Positions 1 through 13,539 of a stretch of 64,000 nt of DNA are shown piece after piece. Origin of the DNA: Glaucostegus cemiculus. Its lineage: Eukaryota. Location of the stretch: NCBI GenBank assembly GCA_976551045.1, contig CDPCPM010000418.1:3410001-3474000 (forward strand), in the 5' to 3' direction. The notes under the pieces were generated by a model. That model did no database searches, was not told where the DNA came from, and was given only the letters and a program-made list of their open reading frames with translations. Every line of letters begins with the position of its first letter. Position 1 is the stretch's first letter. The translations under genes and the position numbers were made by a program.

Positions 1-350
1 ACTCCAACCTCAGTCACTGAACTGCAGCATGCAGATGACACTTGCACATACGCACATTCAGAAGCTGAGCTCCAAGTCATTGTCGACTCATCCACTGAAG
101 CATATCAAAGAATGAGCCTTACACAAGACATAAGCAAAACAAAGGTCCTTTACCAACCTGTCTCCATCACATCTTGCTGACCCTAACACTCCTCATAATA
201 GCCCTGAAAGAGGTGGATGAGTTTTCATGTGCTACCTCTCAGTTAAAGCAGACATTGATATGAAATTCACCATCACTTCCAGTATACCAGTTCATTCTTG
301 GGCCTACTGAGGAAGAGTGTTCAAATAGCTTTGTTCTACTAGTTCTACTA
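1..350 (+). mobile_element. RTE-clade LINE, degenerate reverse transcriptase fragment
   Basis: Translates as TELQHADDTCTYAHSEAELQVIVDS...ISKTKVLYQP, matching the RTE-clade ELQYADD...KTKVL pattern; continues after a CR1 insertion. Confidence 0.75.
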
Positions 351-394
351 TGCATTAGTGATCCCTGCCTCCTGTACATTTCAGAGATATGAAT

Positions 395-770
395 GTAGGA
401 GAATGAGGGGTGATCTTATAGAGGTGTATAAAATTATGCAGGGCATGGATAGGGTGAATGCACACAGTCATTTTCGCCAGGGTTGGGGAATCAAGAACTA
501 GGTTTAGGGTGAGAGGAGAAAGATTTAATAGGAACCTGAGTGGGAACTTCTTCACCCAGAAAGTGGTCACTATATGGAATGAGCAGCCACAGGAAGTGGT
601 TGAGGCAGATACATTAACATTTAAAAGGAACTTGGACAGGTACATGGACAGGAAAGGTTTAGAGGAATATGGATCAAGTGCTGTCAAATGGGACTAGCTT
701 GGATGGGAATCTTGGTCGGCATGGGCCATATGAGCTGAAGGGTCCTGTTTCTGTGCTGTATGACTCTATG
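395..770 (+). mobile_element. CR1-clade (HER1-type) LINE 3' end nested in the RTE
   Basis: GDLIEVYKIM and FFTQKVVTIWN ORF2 C-terminal motifs; tail ctgtgctgtatgactctatg. Confidence 0.85.
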
Positions 771-774
771 TACT

Positions 775-1282
775 ACTTACAATTGCCACTATAAAGTGCT
801 GGAGAGGTACCACCAAAACTCTCTCCATAAAATCCTTTCAAATCCACTGGCAGGATAGGTGATCAGCATCTTCTGCCAGGCCAATATCCCCAGCAGCGAG
901 ACCTCAATTACTCTCAACTGCCTCTGATGTCAGCAGACTCCCAAAACAAGCACTCTATTCCAGGCTCCATCTTCGAAGAGGTTAGCTTGACAACAGAGGA
1001 AACAAATGAAGGGTCTCCTCAAAGGTTTGAAAAAAATGTCATGTTCTCATCAACTTTGGTAATCCTGGGCCACGTCAACCCCAAATGGGGTAGGAATATT
1101 CAGGATGGTGCTGAGAACCTTGAGTCTCTTGGTCAGGAGGACACAGAAGCTCAATGAAAATGGCAAAAGGAGCACTCCACTGCCCATCGGCCCAATCTGC
1201 GGTATAGTTATGGATCCCAATTCAGAACTCACAGAACTGGAGTTCATGCAAGTCATCCTCAATCCAAAGGGACTACTTAAGA
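775..1282 (+). mobile_element. RTE-clade LINE 3' part (continuation of 1-350)
   Basis: LERYHQ-like motif; 3' end gcaagtcatcctcaatccaaagggact is homologous to the reverse-strand RTE end near 57240. Confidence 0.6.
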
Positions 1283-2189
1283 CAATGATTTATTTCTAAA
1301 ACCTCATGACTCAGTCTGATCCAACCAGAGCCTGAGGAACTACAATCTTTCCCAAAGCCAACCCAACTGGACACCTTGTGGGCTTTGGGCTTGGTTTGGG
1401 TAGCCAGGTTCTAATAAAGTGAGCTGAACAACGTCATTTGCAAATTAACTGGCAGATTTGGGAGGTTAATAGAGGGAGGCCACCCTACAATGGAGTTCTG
1501 CAGGTCTGTCAGTTCAAAGGAATTCAAAGGGGACAAACTACTGGCAGACAATAGCTGGACATGCAGTGACACAGGAACCAGGCAGGAAGGAAAATAAGAA
1601 AAGCAAACAGGATGCCTCACTCTCAATTGTCTGAAAATCTCATTACTTATAAATACCTGCATGTTCTGAACTCTCCCGGATCTGGCTCCTATTCTCTTTC
1701 CCTAGTTGCAGTGCCGGGGGCACAGGGATTTGGGAAGGAGCGAGAAATGGTGGTTTATTAAAGCTCATTCAGAGTGCGGAACAAGCTTCCTTGCAAACTA
1801 GTAAACCCCAGCATGGGGTGATCATTAACATCTACATGCCAGCAAGTAATGAAATACACCCTGTGATGCAGAGTCAATGTAACACTCTGGTCCCCCATTT
1901 AAGTCATTGCCTCTAATAGACTGGCACACCATTAGCAAATGCAATCTGTGCTCTTCAAATTATTTAATTCTGCAGCGGGGACTCAGGCAGTCTCAACCCA
2001 AGTATAACATCTGTAGGCAAGAGCTTTTCTTAAACTTTTTCCTCATTGTAACCCACTGTAGATATCCTGCAATGGATGATGACCAAAATTCAGTGTAGTC
2101 AGATTGTGAATTCAAACCCATTCCTAAAATGACAGTCCAAAATCTAAGCTAATACCTCAGCATTATACCAATTAAAAGCTGTAGTTTCA

Positions 2190-2460
2190 GAGGTGCTCTG
2201 TAGTTAAACTGAGACCCCGTTTGCCTCTCAGGTGGATGTAAAAGATTCAATGATATATTTTGAATAAGAGCAAGGAAGTTCTTTTGGTTGTCCAGATTAA
2301 TATCTATCTCATAACCTGCATCACTTAAACAGATTATCCTGTCATTGTACTTTGCTGGGTGCAACTTGACTGCCACATTTCCAACATTTTATCTGTGACT
2401 GTATTTCTTTTGGGATTGTACTGAAATTGTGAAGGTTGCTATAGAAATCCAAGTTCCTTC
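2190..2460 (+). mobile_element. Deu-domain SINE (SacSINE1/AmnSINE1-like)
   Basis: gttaaactgagaccccgtttgcctctcaggtggatgtaaaagat...gaataagagcaagg...cagattatcctgtcatt matches the Deu core; L2-like tail. Confidence 0.75.
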
Positions 2461-2739
2461 TTTGTCTGAATCAGAAAGTTATAGGTTCAAGACCAATACT
2501 AGGATATTATAATCTGCATTGACACTCTAGTACTTTACTGGGGAACTACTCTAGTACTGGGGAAGTACTGCTGCGAGGTGTAATTCTACAGATAACAAAC
2601 TGAAACTGAGAAACTGTTCCAAGCAGATGTTATTAATCTACTAAAATTTTTAAAGAAGGAAAAAAGAGTTATTGTGTCAATCCTTCAACTAATGCCACAA
2701 TAAATTGGATGCAATTTAGATTTATTAAATACCCCTGAT

Positions 2740-3050
2740 GTTGTAAAATGTTGCAAGGTGTTTCAATGATTATCAAAGAAAATTTGACACTGAGCTACCA
2801 AAGTTTGGTCAACGAGATAGGTTTTGGATGCAAGAGAGTGAGATAGAGAATTGGAAAATATTGGGAGGGCTTTGGGCTTAACTAACTGAATGACGTGCCA
2901 TCAATGGTAGGGGTGAAGAAGAGGAGAGATGAATATGAAGGAAGTCATAGTTCTCAGAGGGTGAACAAGATCTGAATCAAATTCTTGATTCTGAGATCCA
3001 GTTGTGAGCAAATGGCCAGTTCTATTGACCTCCATAACAACAGGAACTTG
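2740..3050 (-). mobile_element. L2-like LINE 3' fragment
   Basis: aaatttgacactgagc...tttggtcaa pattern recurs at about 14720, 40830 and 61140. Confidence 0.5.
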
Positions 3051-3549
3051 GTTTCAGAACTTACATCACACATCAAAAGTGATTTGTATGAAGCACCTTG
3101 AGACGAGGCTTGTTGATGTGACATGAGGTCTTCCAGAAACACAGATCCTTTTAAAGTTCTTTCCCCTTCCTCTGTTCAGTCTATGGACATTGAGCCATGT
3201 TGCAACTAAGGGTGAAGGGATAGCTTCTGCACGGGATTACATTGAGAGAACAAAAGGAGAGAAGCAACAATGGCTCCAAAGTTCTTCCTGCATTGCACTG
3301 GCACCCACAAACACTGAATACAATGGTGCTCATCTTCAGCCATGGGTAAGATGCAGGCATGCTAACAACAACCTGTGGAACAAATATTCCTATTATCTAT
3401 GTTAACTGGTACAGCTAGCTCAAGGTTAGTGCTTGTAAATATTTAAAACACTTCAATGATCAAAATATTACACATAGAATAACAACAATTACTGAAGGAA
3501 GTTTCATTATTTTTACTATTGTGAGGCCATCAAAGTGCTTATGAAAGGA

Positions 3550-4012
3550 GGAAAATTGCATTTCTATAGTGTCTTACACAACGTCAGGATGTCCCAAAGT
3601 CCTTCACAATCACTGAAGAACTTCTGCAGTGTTGTAAAGTAGGAAACATAGCAGGCTATTTGCACACTTCAAGGTTCCAAAGACAACAATGTGATAATGA
3701 CCAGATAATTTCCTTTAAGTGTTGACTGAGAGATAAACATTACCCAGGACCCAAGGATAGACCTCCTGCTTTTTTTCCCAAATCAATGCCAGCTAAGGAG
3801 ACACTGGTACCGCCTGATGACCTCAAATACTAATGGGAACCTGTGCCCCAAGTGGATGTTGTGAACCAAGGTTTTAAAGTATCAGTTGAAAGATGCCACA
3901 GAAATCCCTCAGCTCTGTACTAGGAGTGTCACCCTAGTCTGCATGCTGAAGAATCTAGATTAAGATGAGAATCCACAACCTTCTGACTCAGAGGTGAGTG
4001 TACTATCCATTG
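3550..4012 (-). mobile_element. Deu-domain SINE
   Basis: Reverse complement of the Deu core (acaatgtgataatgaccagataat) plus tRNA-like head (acaaccttctgactcagaggtgag). Confidence 0.7.
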
Positions 4013-5138
4013 GAGCATACAAACCAAAAATTAGTCATAGATTCTCCTGCAAGGGCGTTGCAGGAAAAGGAAAGTCCAATAAGAATGCAAAAACACCATA
4101 CATACTATCTGATCTCAGGGCATCCTTCTCATGATACTTTGCTCTGGTGAAAACCTGCATGCTTTGATACATTATTGAGTGATGAAGATCATGAAAGATC
4201 TACACTTAATTCTTAGTATTAAATCTGGAAAAGAAAACTCAAACTGCATCCTATTAGAAATTTCCCTGAAGACTAAAATAGTTTAATGCTTTGGGGCACA
4301 GTGTCGAATGTGTGGAGGTACACATGCAAATCATCATCTTGTCTGTTTTGTTTTTGCACTTAAGAGATAACTGTTGGCCATGTCCCTGCCTGCTCTTCAG
4401 TTAGTGCTCCAGGACCTTTAGCATGTACCTAACAGGCAAGAAGACCATAGCTGTCAAGTGGCAACAAAACTGCACATTAGATAGTTGTAGTTTTTAAGAT
4501 CAGGGAAGTTATAGGTAAGCAAGAACCGCGACTTTCAACATTATCACCTTCTGGGAAATATGTGCTCTGTTTAGAGTGGGTATAGGATATGATGACCTCT
4601 GCAATCAAATAGCCTGCAAAGCTCAGACACTGGTCATTCAGACAAGATAGCAGTAGCAAATGGAATAAATTCCAAGAAACAGTCCATTGGTAGCCATGGC
4701 TTCAACTGTTTAAACACTAAACTCTGGAGCTCCCTCCTTGAACCTCTGCTTTAAGAGAGTCTATGGTCAGGCTGTCCCAGTACCTCCTCAGTCAGTGTCA
4801 AATTGTGTTTGATATTGCTTCTCTGAATTGCCTTGCAAAGGTTTATTACATTTAAAGTGTGATATTTAATGCAAAATGTTATTTATGTTCAGGAAAGAGA
4901 GTGGAGCATCAGGAATTTATTTTCAAATGTCAAATGAAATGCCCCAAGGTTTACACAAAAATTAAGCAACTTTTGTGAAGGGAAACACTTTTGGTGTGAA
5001 AACTAATTAGCAAGCACCAAAAATCTCACAACAGCCCTGCAGTACCAGGAGTGATTCAGGAGAATGCCTGATATTTAATTGCTTGTCATTAAGAACGCTC
5101 TTTGAAAAGTGCGAAAAGACAGATGTAGAATTTCTCAC

Positions 5139-5307
5139 CTTTATCGACAGGTTTATCTTTCACTGCCTAATTGGCATGGGGACTGTAGGCATTTGGGTTA
5201 GTGTTGGAGAGTAATTAAATCAGGCTCAGCCATAGCCTGCTGGGGCACCTCGGCAGGGCTTCTCATCTCCTTCCCATTGTTTTGTCTGCCAAAGATCTCT
5301 GGACTTG
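5139..5307 (-). other. CASZ1: Non-coding (5' UTR) internal exon, 169 nt; inferred CASZ1 exon 2
   Basis: Minus-strand acceptor cctcttctttctttcag| and donor AAG|GTGAGA; all three frames contain stops. The gene name is inferred from recalled CASZ1 structure (non-coding exon 2 of similar size tens of kb from exon 1) and from the CIROZ-like neighbour upstream. Confidence 0.55.
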
Positions 5308-5724
5308 CTGAAAGAAAGAAGAGGGTAGGGGGTGGGGAGGCAGTGATTAGTGCAAATATTTGATGTTTTTACAATGTGACAAGCTTTCCAGTCTGCTAGA
5401 CCAAATAAGAATCTGACACTCTAAAAGCAACCATCAAAACAGACTCCGTTTACAGACCCTTGGAGCTCCTGTATCCATCAGGGATCCAGTCTGGACAAAA
5501 AGCCCTGTTAGTACAATTGATTGTTTCCAAGTGGGATCATGCTGGTCTGAATTAAATCTGGGGTTTGCCGATCAGCCCCAGGCTTTCAAGGTGGGAATGT
5601 GCCTGACTGCATTTAAGGGGAGGTGAGTTTACACCAGGGAGATCAGAATGGGAGGATACAGTTAATTGGAACTGCGAGAACACTCATGTGAAGCATAAAC
5701 ACCACCATAGATTAATCAATTAAT

Positions 5725-6130
5725 AAGGATCACAGAAACAGGAGGAGGCCATTCAGCCCTTCAAGCTTCTTCTACCCTTCAATAAGATCATGGCTGATCT
5801 GTTCTTTGAAGCCATTAATCTAAGCTTTGGTCCTAGAGACCTAATATCCTTGCCTAACACAAACCCATTAATCTGTCTGGAAAATTCCAATTCATCACTC
5901 CACCCTTTCGAGATGACAGAGTTTAAGATTTCAAACATACGTTGTTTGATCAGAAGCAGTATATGTGCTATAAATTCTATAGATGGGAAATTCATCCTCT
6001 GTGCCCTTGTAAAACACAGGACGAGGTAACATCTGTGTACTGAACTCTGCTTCTGATATTTGTTTCCTTGCTTTGACTAGAAATGGCAATAGTTTCACTT
6101 CAAAATTAACATCATCACCCTTAGCAACCA
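5725..6130 (-). mobile_element. CR1-clade LINE 3' end
   Basis: aggaggccattcagcccttcaagc...caataagatcatggctgatct is the reverse of a CR1 tail. Confidence 0.7.
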
Positions 6131-6399
6131 GAGGAGCTCTTCCTGCATGTGTACAAATGCTTGCACAGATCTCCAAGGTGAAGGTAATGCGAAGCTGGGG
6201 GAACTAAGAACCATCACGTCTGGGTTTAGAAAAATGAGATTATGAGGCAATATTCTGCGTGCACTCAAGTGCTAATGCAATTTGCACCACAGCTGTCAAA
6301 TTTATGTGATTTTTAGTTTCCTCCCTCCTTCATGCTCCTCCCAACTGTGTAGATAATGAGGTCAGACAGTGGATGAAAGACAATGCCAGGATAATATTC

Positions 6400-6860
6400 T
6401 CCATCTTCTGCTCTCTTCCCTCGTTCTATTACTCTGTTTCCATCTGTTTGTCAGTATCTGCATTTCTGTCTCACATCTTTTTCTGCATCCTTCCTCTCAC
6501 CCTTTATCTTGGTTTCATCCAACCTTTGTTTGGCTTCTCTTTGTCTGTTTCTGGGTTTATTCCTTTTCTTTCCCATCTTTGTCTCTGTTGATCTCTTTTT
6601 CTTTCTTTTCTCCTCACTATCCTTCTATCCATCTCTTCCTCTATCTTATCCCTCCCTTCTTTAACACACCTCTGGCTTCTGTCATTCTTCTTTGCCTTCC
6701 TGGTCTCTTGTCTCACCTTACTCTGTCATAGCACTGATTTTGTCTGTTGGTCATTAGCAGGTTCTCAGTCTTCGCATCGCTTCTCTTCTCTATCCTGGTG
6801 CTCTCCCAACCTCTCTGAACCCTATTTTTCTTCATTCAGCTTTCCACCTGACCTCCAGAC
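6400..6860. repeat. Pyrimidine-rich (CT) low-complexity tract
   Basis: Strong C/T skew that explains the overlapping L/F/S-rich ORFs. Confidence 0.8.
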
Positions 6861-6869
6861 TCTTGCCTG

Positions 6870-7335
6870 GAAGTGTGTGGCTTCAACAACACTCTAGACA
6901 GGACATAGCAGCCCTCTAGTTGGGCACCCCATCCACAATCATTCACCCACTCCATCACCAGCGCACGTAGCAGCAGTTTGTGCCATCTACAGGATGCACT
7001 ACAGCAACTCAGTCAGGTCTCTTAGACAGAACCTTCCGAACCCACAACCTCCACTAGCAAGATGGACAAGGGCAGAAAACGCATGGAACACCACCACCTG
7101 GAAGTTGTCCTCCAAGTCACACAACATTTTGACTTCGAAATATATCACTGTTTCTTCACCGTGGCTGGGTCAGAATCCAGGAACTCCCTCCCTAATGACA
7201 TTGTGGATATACCCACATCTCAAGGAATGCAGCGGTTCTGGAAAGCACCTCAATATCATCTTCTCAAGGATAACTGGGGATGGGCAATTAGATGCTGGCT
7301 CAGCCTATGGAGACTACATTCCTTGAATTAATAAT
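6870..7335 (+). mobile_element. CR1/L2-group LINE 3' end (second family)
   Basis: HHCFFTVAGSESRNSLP/HHLLK-type C-terminus; tail gggatgggcaattagatgctggc, also seen near 16940 and 52455. Confidence 0.7.
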
Positions 7336-8229
7336 AAAAAGTGATGAAACGCTAGGCCAAAGGCCTGTCACCCTCCCCCACATTGAGGTAAATGTTATAG
7401 TTCCAATGTGACCATTTTGAAATAGAGCAAAGACATTCTCTCCACGTCCAACCAATATTTATTCCTGAAACAGTATCACAATAGACAGAAACTGACCCGG
7501 CTCTTTGTGGGACTTTAAAGGGAAGATAAATAACTACACAAAGGGGAAAGGTATTTGCTGATAGGCTCAAAACAGTGTGTAGCAGCCAGACAAAAGGGCC
7601 TGATTCTGTGCTGTAGATTTTATATACATTAATGAAATCCAGTCAGAAGAGCAAAGGTTTGTTAGCAGGCTATTCCAAAATGCTGGTTAAAATTAATCAA
7701 TCTTTGACCTGTAGGTTCAGTAGACAACAGAGCAACAGCTGTTCAGTCAGTAGAAATGCTGCTCAGCCAAAACATTTTGCTCAAGAGGCCTGAAGTCAGA
7801 TTGACAGTGAACTCTAAAACCTGTCATTAATACACAATAGCTACTGGCTTTAACCAAATTATTGTAATTACACAAATTATTATAATTATTTAGGTTTAAA
7901 ATTGTTTCATAATAGCTATATGGAACCTGGAATTGGGGGCTGTCAAAGTTTTAATATCATTATCGCTCAAGCACATTAATTTCCTGAGTGCAAGTATCAG
8001 TTATATAATAGCAGCTTTTGTTTTTCTGGGAACATTGCTCTTTATTAAAAATGCACAAATCATAATCAATAAACTCCTCTGGTGATATTTCAGCCAATGG
8101 CTACGAACTGGATGATATCAACTAGAGTGATCTCTCTTGCATGTGCATGCACACACACACACACATACACACGTGCAGGCATACAGCTACAAGGCTGCAG
8201 TTCAATGATAGAAGATGTATTAAGCAAAT

Positions 8230-8480
8230 GACGCTGGCTGACACACCCATGTCGTTCTGAGGAGGTGCTATATTGTTGTAGGTACCCTCTTCAGACGAAT
8301 GATGAAGTGTCTGCTGTCTCAGGTAAGATCCCATTGCACTATTAGAAGAAGAGAAGGAAAATTTTCTCTGATGTCCCAGTCAATACCTATCTTTTAATCA
8401 ATAACACTAAAAAACAGATTCTTTTTTGGGGGGACTTTGCCATTGCTTTTCTTTTTTTATATGTTACAGCAGAGGCTCCA
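8230..8480 (+). mobile_element. Deu-domain SINE fragment
   Basis: ctctcaggtaagatcccattgcactattagaagaagag Deu-core similarity. Confidence 0.6.
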
Positions 8481-9439
8481 TGCAATATTGATGACTGCTT
8501 TATTGATACCCTGCACTTCTGGTGGATATCAGAGATATTAGTCTAAACGTGGTGCAAAGGGATACATATTCAAAGTAGAAATTGCTAAATCTGGTAGATG
8601 TATAATAACTGACATCAAAATTTGCCATACACCTGATAATACACTGGGTCTAACATAAGACATGGACAAATAATTAAATAATCTACACAATCATTTATTG
8701 GGAACTGATTTAGGCATGGGTGAGACCAATGAACATTTTTAAATGTGTGAGCCAGAGTTAATTCAATTTAAATTTGTATGACTTCCTTTTCATTCTTGAT
8801 GCCAGAGTAAGTATTGTGTGGAGAGGGAAATGTATGCAATAAAACAATGGTCAGGTGAGTTAAGGTGTATGAAGTTCCTTGTTTCTGTGATTTCAAGATA
8901 TTGTATATTTATTTATTCATAGGATGTAGATGTTGTTGGCAACGCCAAAAGTCATTGTTGATCTCTGATTGCCCCTGGACTGAGGAGGCAGTTAAAGGTC
9001 AATCATATTTGGATGGTTTTGAGTCCCATATTGGGTAAGGATGAAAGATTTCCTTCCCCAAAAGGACATAAGTGAACCAGATTTTTTTTAACAACAAATT
9101 AATGGTTTCATGGTTATTGTTACTGAACCTAGATTTGTTTTTAAATTACAGAGTCATTTAACTCTTTGAATTTAAATTCCTCATCTGGAATGGTTGGATT
9201 TGAACTCCTATCTCTGGATTAATAATCCAGAAATCTGGCTGCTAGTCCGGTAAATTAACCATCGTTTTATCATGACAATATAACCACGATCTGAGGCTTT
9301 CTCACTAAGTTGATTAATTTTTTACTTCCCAGTGCTGCTCAAAGTTGAAGGTGCAAATGCTTCTGCCTCTCCAGGGATGGGTCTCTGGGCTACTTCACAG
9401 ACCCACTGTGCTAGCAATAAAATAAAGACCATCCAGTTT

Positions 9440-9900
9440 TCCAGGCCTCACTTCTCTCCATGATCCTTCCCTGCACTTTCTCCCAGACACCCATCCTGAA
9501 ACCTTATTACCATGTCTCATCCACCCTATTGCAGTGCCTTATGATGTCTACACCTTCCACACATTCCTGGACCCTCTTGCTCTACTCTTTATTACTATTG
9601 TCCTCTACCCACTTTACCACTACTCTATCTATTCCCTTTTTGTAAGCTCATGTTGCTCCTTTTCTTCATCTCCTCCTCCCTTTACACACCCTCCCACTCT
9701 TTCCAATCTCTTCTCTGCTTGTGTATCTCTCCGCCCAGTACCCACCCACTCCTCACCTTCTTCAATAGTTCTTCTCTTCTTTCCCCCTGCCCTTTCCTTG
9801 GTCCATGTGTGAAAACACCCCACCCCCTGAACTCTCCTCTCCCACCTACTTCCTCCAAATGCACCTCTTCACTCCCTTTCTTTCCTCCATGTTTTAACTC
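9440..9900. repeat. Pyrimidine-rich low-complexity tract
   Basis: C/T skew. Confidence 0.75.
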
Positions 9901-12049
9901 CTGGTAAGGTCACCACTATTTAACCTCCACTGCTAACAAACTTCCCTCCTTCACATTCCTATAATTGGCCACCAGTCTGTCTCCCTTGCAGTTCCCTGCC
10001 TTTTCAGAGCCAACTAGAAAGCAGGCAGATTCGTTGCTGCCTGATTAGCTAAATCTTTACTCTCTGGGAAGCAGCCACTTTTTCTTGGCATGCCAATACT
10101 TTTATTGGGAAATATGTTCAAGCAAAATAAAAGCAAAACAGTCTATTGACAACACTGCCAATGCACTGGAGATAGGGTTGGATGTATGTCTACGCTCACA
10201 ATACATAGCTGATAGTCCTATCAATTTAGTCAGAAAAAGATTTCATTTAAAGAACTGGTGAAGCAGAATTTATGAAAAGATCCACAATAATTTCTTGCAA
10301 TGAAAGAAGAGTATTTTCACCAGAAAATGCAGTGAGTGGAGAAAAGTTAAACAGAAATTGTTCTTCAGTTCAATCCGAGTCACCAGATTTGACAGACAGG
10401 GCAATAATCAAGTCCTCCTTGTTCTTACTTGGAGAGCATTGTCACCCTATGATTTTTCTTCTGGGTTTGCTGGGAGCAGTGTCCTAGGAATTAGTCTGAT
10501 TCTTGGAGACTTCAAGTTACTCCAAGAGGATTACAACCCTATTCCCGATGAAGCGATAAAATGGGGAACTATATTAGATTTGCTGTCAATGTGACTGTTT
10601 TACACAGGTTCACAAAATCAAGGTCCACCACATAGTGTGTGAGTGAGAGTTCTGGTGTGTGATATGAAGTTTCACTGTGAAGGTGCAGTGCAGAACAAAA
10701 TCTCCCAATACAAACTTTAAAAAGCACTATATAAGTAAAATTTAGATGTAATAATTGTTCTTATTTTACAAGTGACAACTAAAACAAAAGAACAAGTTCA
10801 GGATATAGCAGTGGCAATAGGCTTATTAATTTTCTGTGCAAACTTGTGTGTGTGCGCGTGTATGTGCAGGCGTATAAGCTTGCCAGTCAGTACTGCATCA
10901 TGAGAATTGCAGTTTTCACACTGCTCAGTACTTCACAACAACCAACTCAATAAATTGCAAGTACGAAAGGCCATGTGCAGACTAAAGAGAAAGACAGTGA
11001 GAGTTAATCTTCATCAAGCAAGTCTCACTCAGTTTGATCCTAGTGTCACATCAACGTTCAACACTAGATTCAGACCCAAATGGGGCAGTAACCCAAAGCC
11101 AAATCAGTGTGCACTACACTACAATTATTGAGTAAATGTGTATTTTGGCCTCAGACACAAAGGCTTCCTTTGTAAGCACATGGAAGACTGTCCTCATGAA
11201 ACAGATGGACTCCATGTAGGCAGCATGCAATGGCCAACCTCTTTAAGCAAACTCCCAGTCTAACCTAACACTGTGTAGTCTGCCACTCAACTACTGATTT
11301 TTCCAGCAACTCCTGCATCCTATGAATTAACATACCAGAGAAAAATTCAACAGATTAAAGAGAATTGTCCATCCCTCTGAACGTACAAGAATGAAAGTAA
11401 AGAGGTATCTTCACAATAATATGGATGATGAGTACTCTAATCTCATTGTGGAAGGGAAAAAAGCAGGCACCAAAGTGAATTCAAGCACAAATGATGCAAA
11501 ACATGTTTTAGCAGGCTTTAGGTTAGGATTCTGTGAGAATGCAAACATGAAAAGTGTGTCCATGCATTTTTTTTTAATGGAATTCTGTTAAAGGAGAAAG
11601 GCACTGATGCAAAAGAGAAGTCATTTTATACAGGACCATGGAGGACCACCTGGTGTCTCAAGGGGCTTTTCGCAAGTTAAGTACTCTTGATGTGCAGTGA
11701 CTGCTGTAGTCTAAGAAATACAGCAGCTATTTTGTGGAGTTGGTTATTTCTCTGGCATTGCTTCTTACTTTTGCTGAGCTATGACTCACCATGTGCTATC
11801 TCCTGCTATCAGTTCATGATACTGTCAATGAAATTAGATTTCAAAGTGAGAGATAGGTGAGAATAAGTTAATACATTCACTGTCATCTATTCCACGCCTG
11901 TTCTTTATCTTATGACAGGAATGTCGCATTATCTGGCAAAATTAGGGATAAGGGAAGAAAGATAAGAGAGATATGGATAAGGGTGAAGGATATGGATAAA
12001 CAACATGGGTGAGGCAGGAAGTGAGTCAAGAGGGAAGCAATAAGTTGTC

Positions 12050-12330
12050 TAGGTGGAACTTGCATGTTCTTTCCACGACTGCGTGGACTTCCTCCAGGTG
12101 CTCCACTGTCCTCTCATATTCCAAAGATGTGGTAGTGGGTCAATATGCTACTTTAAATTACCCTTCTAGTTCATGGCAAAATGAATCCAAGGAGAGCTGG
12201 TGGGTTTATGTGAGAGAGAGTAAGTTGCAGGTGTACAGTAAAATAAGGATAGGGAGCCTCTGACTAGTTATATTTCTCCTCTGGAAGCCAGTACGGACCT
12301 GATGGGCTGAATGGTTTCCTTCTGTGTAAT
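12050..12330 (+). mobile_element. HE1-type V-SINE, 5'-truncated
   Basis: ttgcatgttctttccacgactgcgtggacttcctccaggtgctcc...ccaaagatgtg V-domain; tail gatgggctgaatggtttccttctgtg. Confidence 0.7.
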
Positions 12331-12399
12331 ATAAGAAAAAGATAGAACACGATAAGATAATTGGGGACATGAATCAAAAAAAAAGACAGCAATTAAGAA

Positions 12400-13325
12400 A
12401 CAGTGTTAATTTCTCAGAAACAGATTGTTTCCATCTCAGAGGTTTTACAGGAAATTGGTGAGGACATCACAGATGCATCATACACAAACTTTCCAAGTTA
12501 TTTTGCTTTGAGACCTTTATCCTTCGATTGGAAAGTGGACATGTCAGTGCATTGTTTAAGAGAGGCGACAGATGGAAACCGAGGAATTCTACACCAGTTA
12601 ACTAACATCTGTTGTTGGAAAATTATAATAGAGTGACACCTTCATCAGACCAGATAGAAAGCAAGAATAGATTTGAAAAGGCAGCTCATACCTAGTGAGC
12701 CTGATTGAATTTTTTGAAAAGGTGACTAGAAAAGTAGAATTGAATGTCAATATATGTTATTTATATGATTTTCTAGAAGGCTCTCAATAAAGTCCTCACA
12801 CAAGAATGTTATCTAAAGGTGAAGCTCATAGAATTGCAGGCAAGTTATTGACTTGGTCAGGAAATTGGCTTAGTGGCAGAAGACAGAGAGAAGGGATAAT
12901 GGACAAGTACACAAATTGGCAGCATGTGACTAGGTGCTACACAAACTGTGTTGGAGTTACAACTATTCACTGCCCTGATAAATCACTTAATGATGGAATA
13001 GGAAGTCGCGCATCCAAACTTGCTGATAGCAAACGTACAGGCAGCTTAGCTGAAAGCATGTATCTACAAGGAGATACTAATAGATTAATCAAAAGAGCAA
13101 AACAGCAGCCCACAGATTTTAGTGCAAGAAAATGTGAAATCAACTTTGCCTCTAGAAACAATAGAACATAATCTTTCCTATTGACAGAATAGAACGGAGT
13201 CCTTTTCTATTGCCCAAAGATATTAAGACACATGGGGCAAAGGCAGGCATAATCCACAGATAAGCTGTGGTTTCACTAAATAGATTCAAGGGGCTAAGTG
13301 GCATGTTTCTGGAGTTATGTGTCTA
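12400..13325 (+). mobile_element. CR1-clade LINE, degenerate RT fragments
   Basis: LLTWSGNWLSGRRQR, KLAD and LQGD..RL..A motifs. Confidence 0.75.
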
Positions 13326-13539
13326 TTCTTTCCAGGGACTGAGATAGGGGTAAGGATAGAGGTGGAATCTACAGATTAGTTTTATTGCCAGTGGGAATCA
13401 TTGAAGCCTGCTAGGAGTTGTTTATAACTGCTCAGTTCATCTGGTAACAAAGTGGGACAGACAGGAAATCTGTTATTGAACCGATTTCTATCCCACTGAA
13501 GTCAACATATAGGCAGGCATGTTGTTTTATAGGAAGAAA

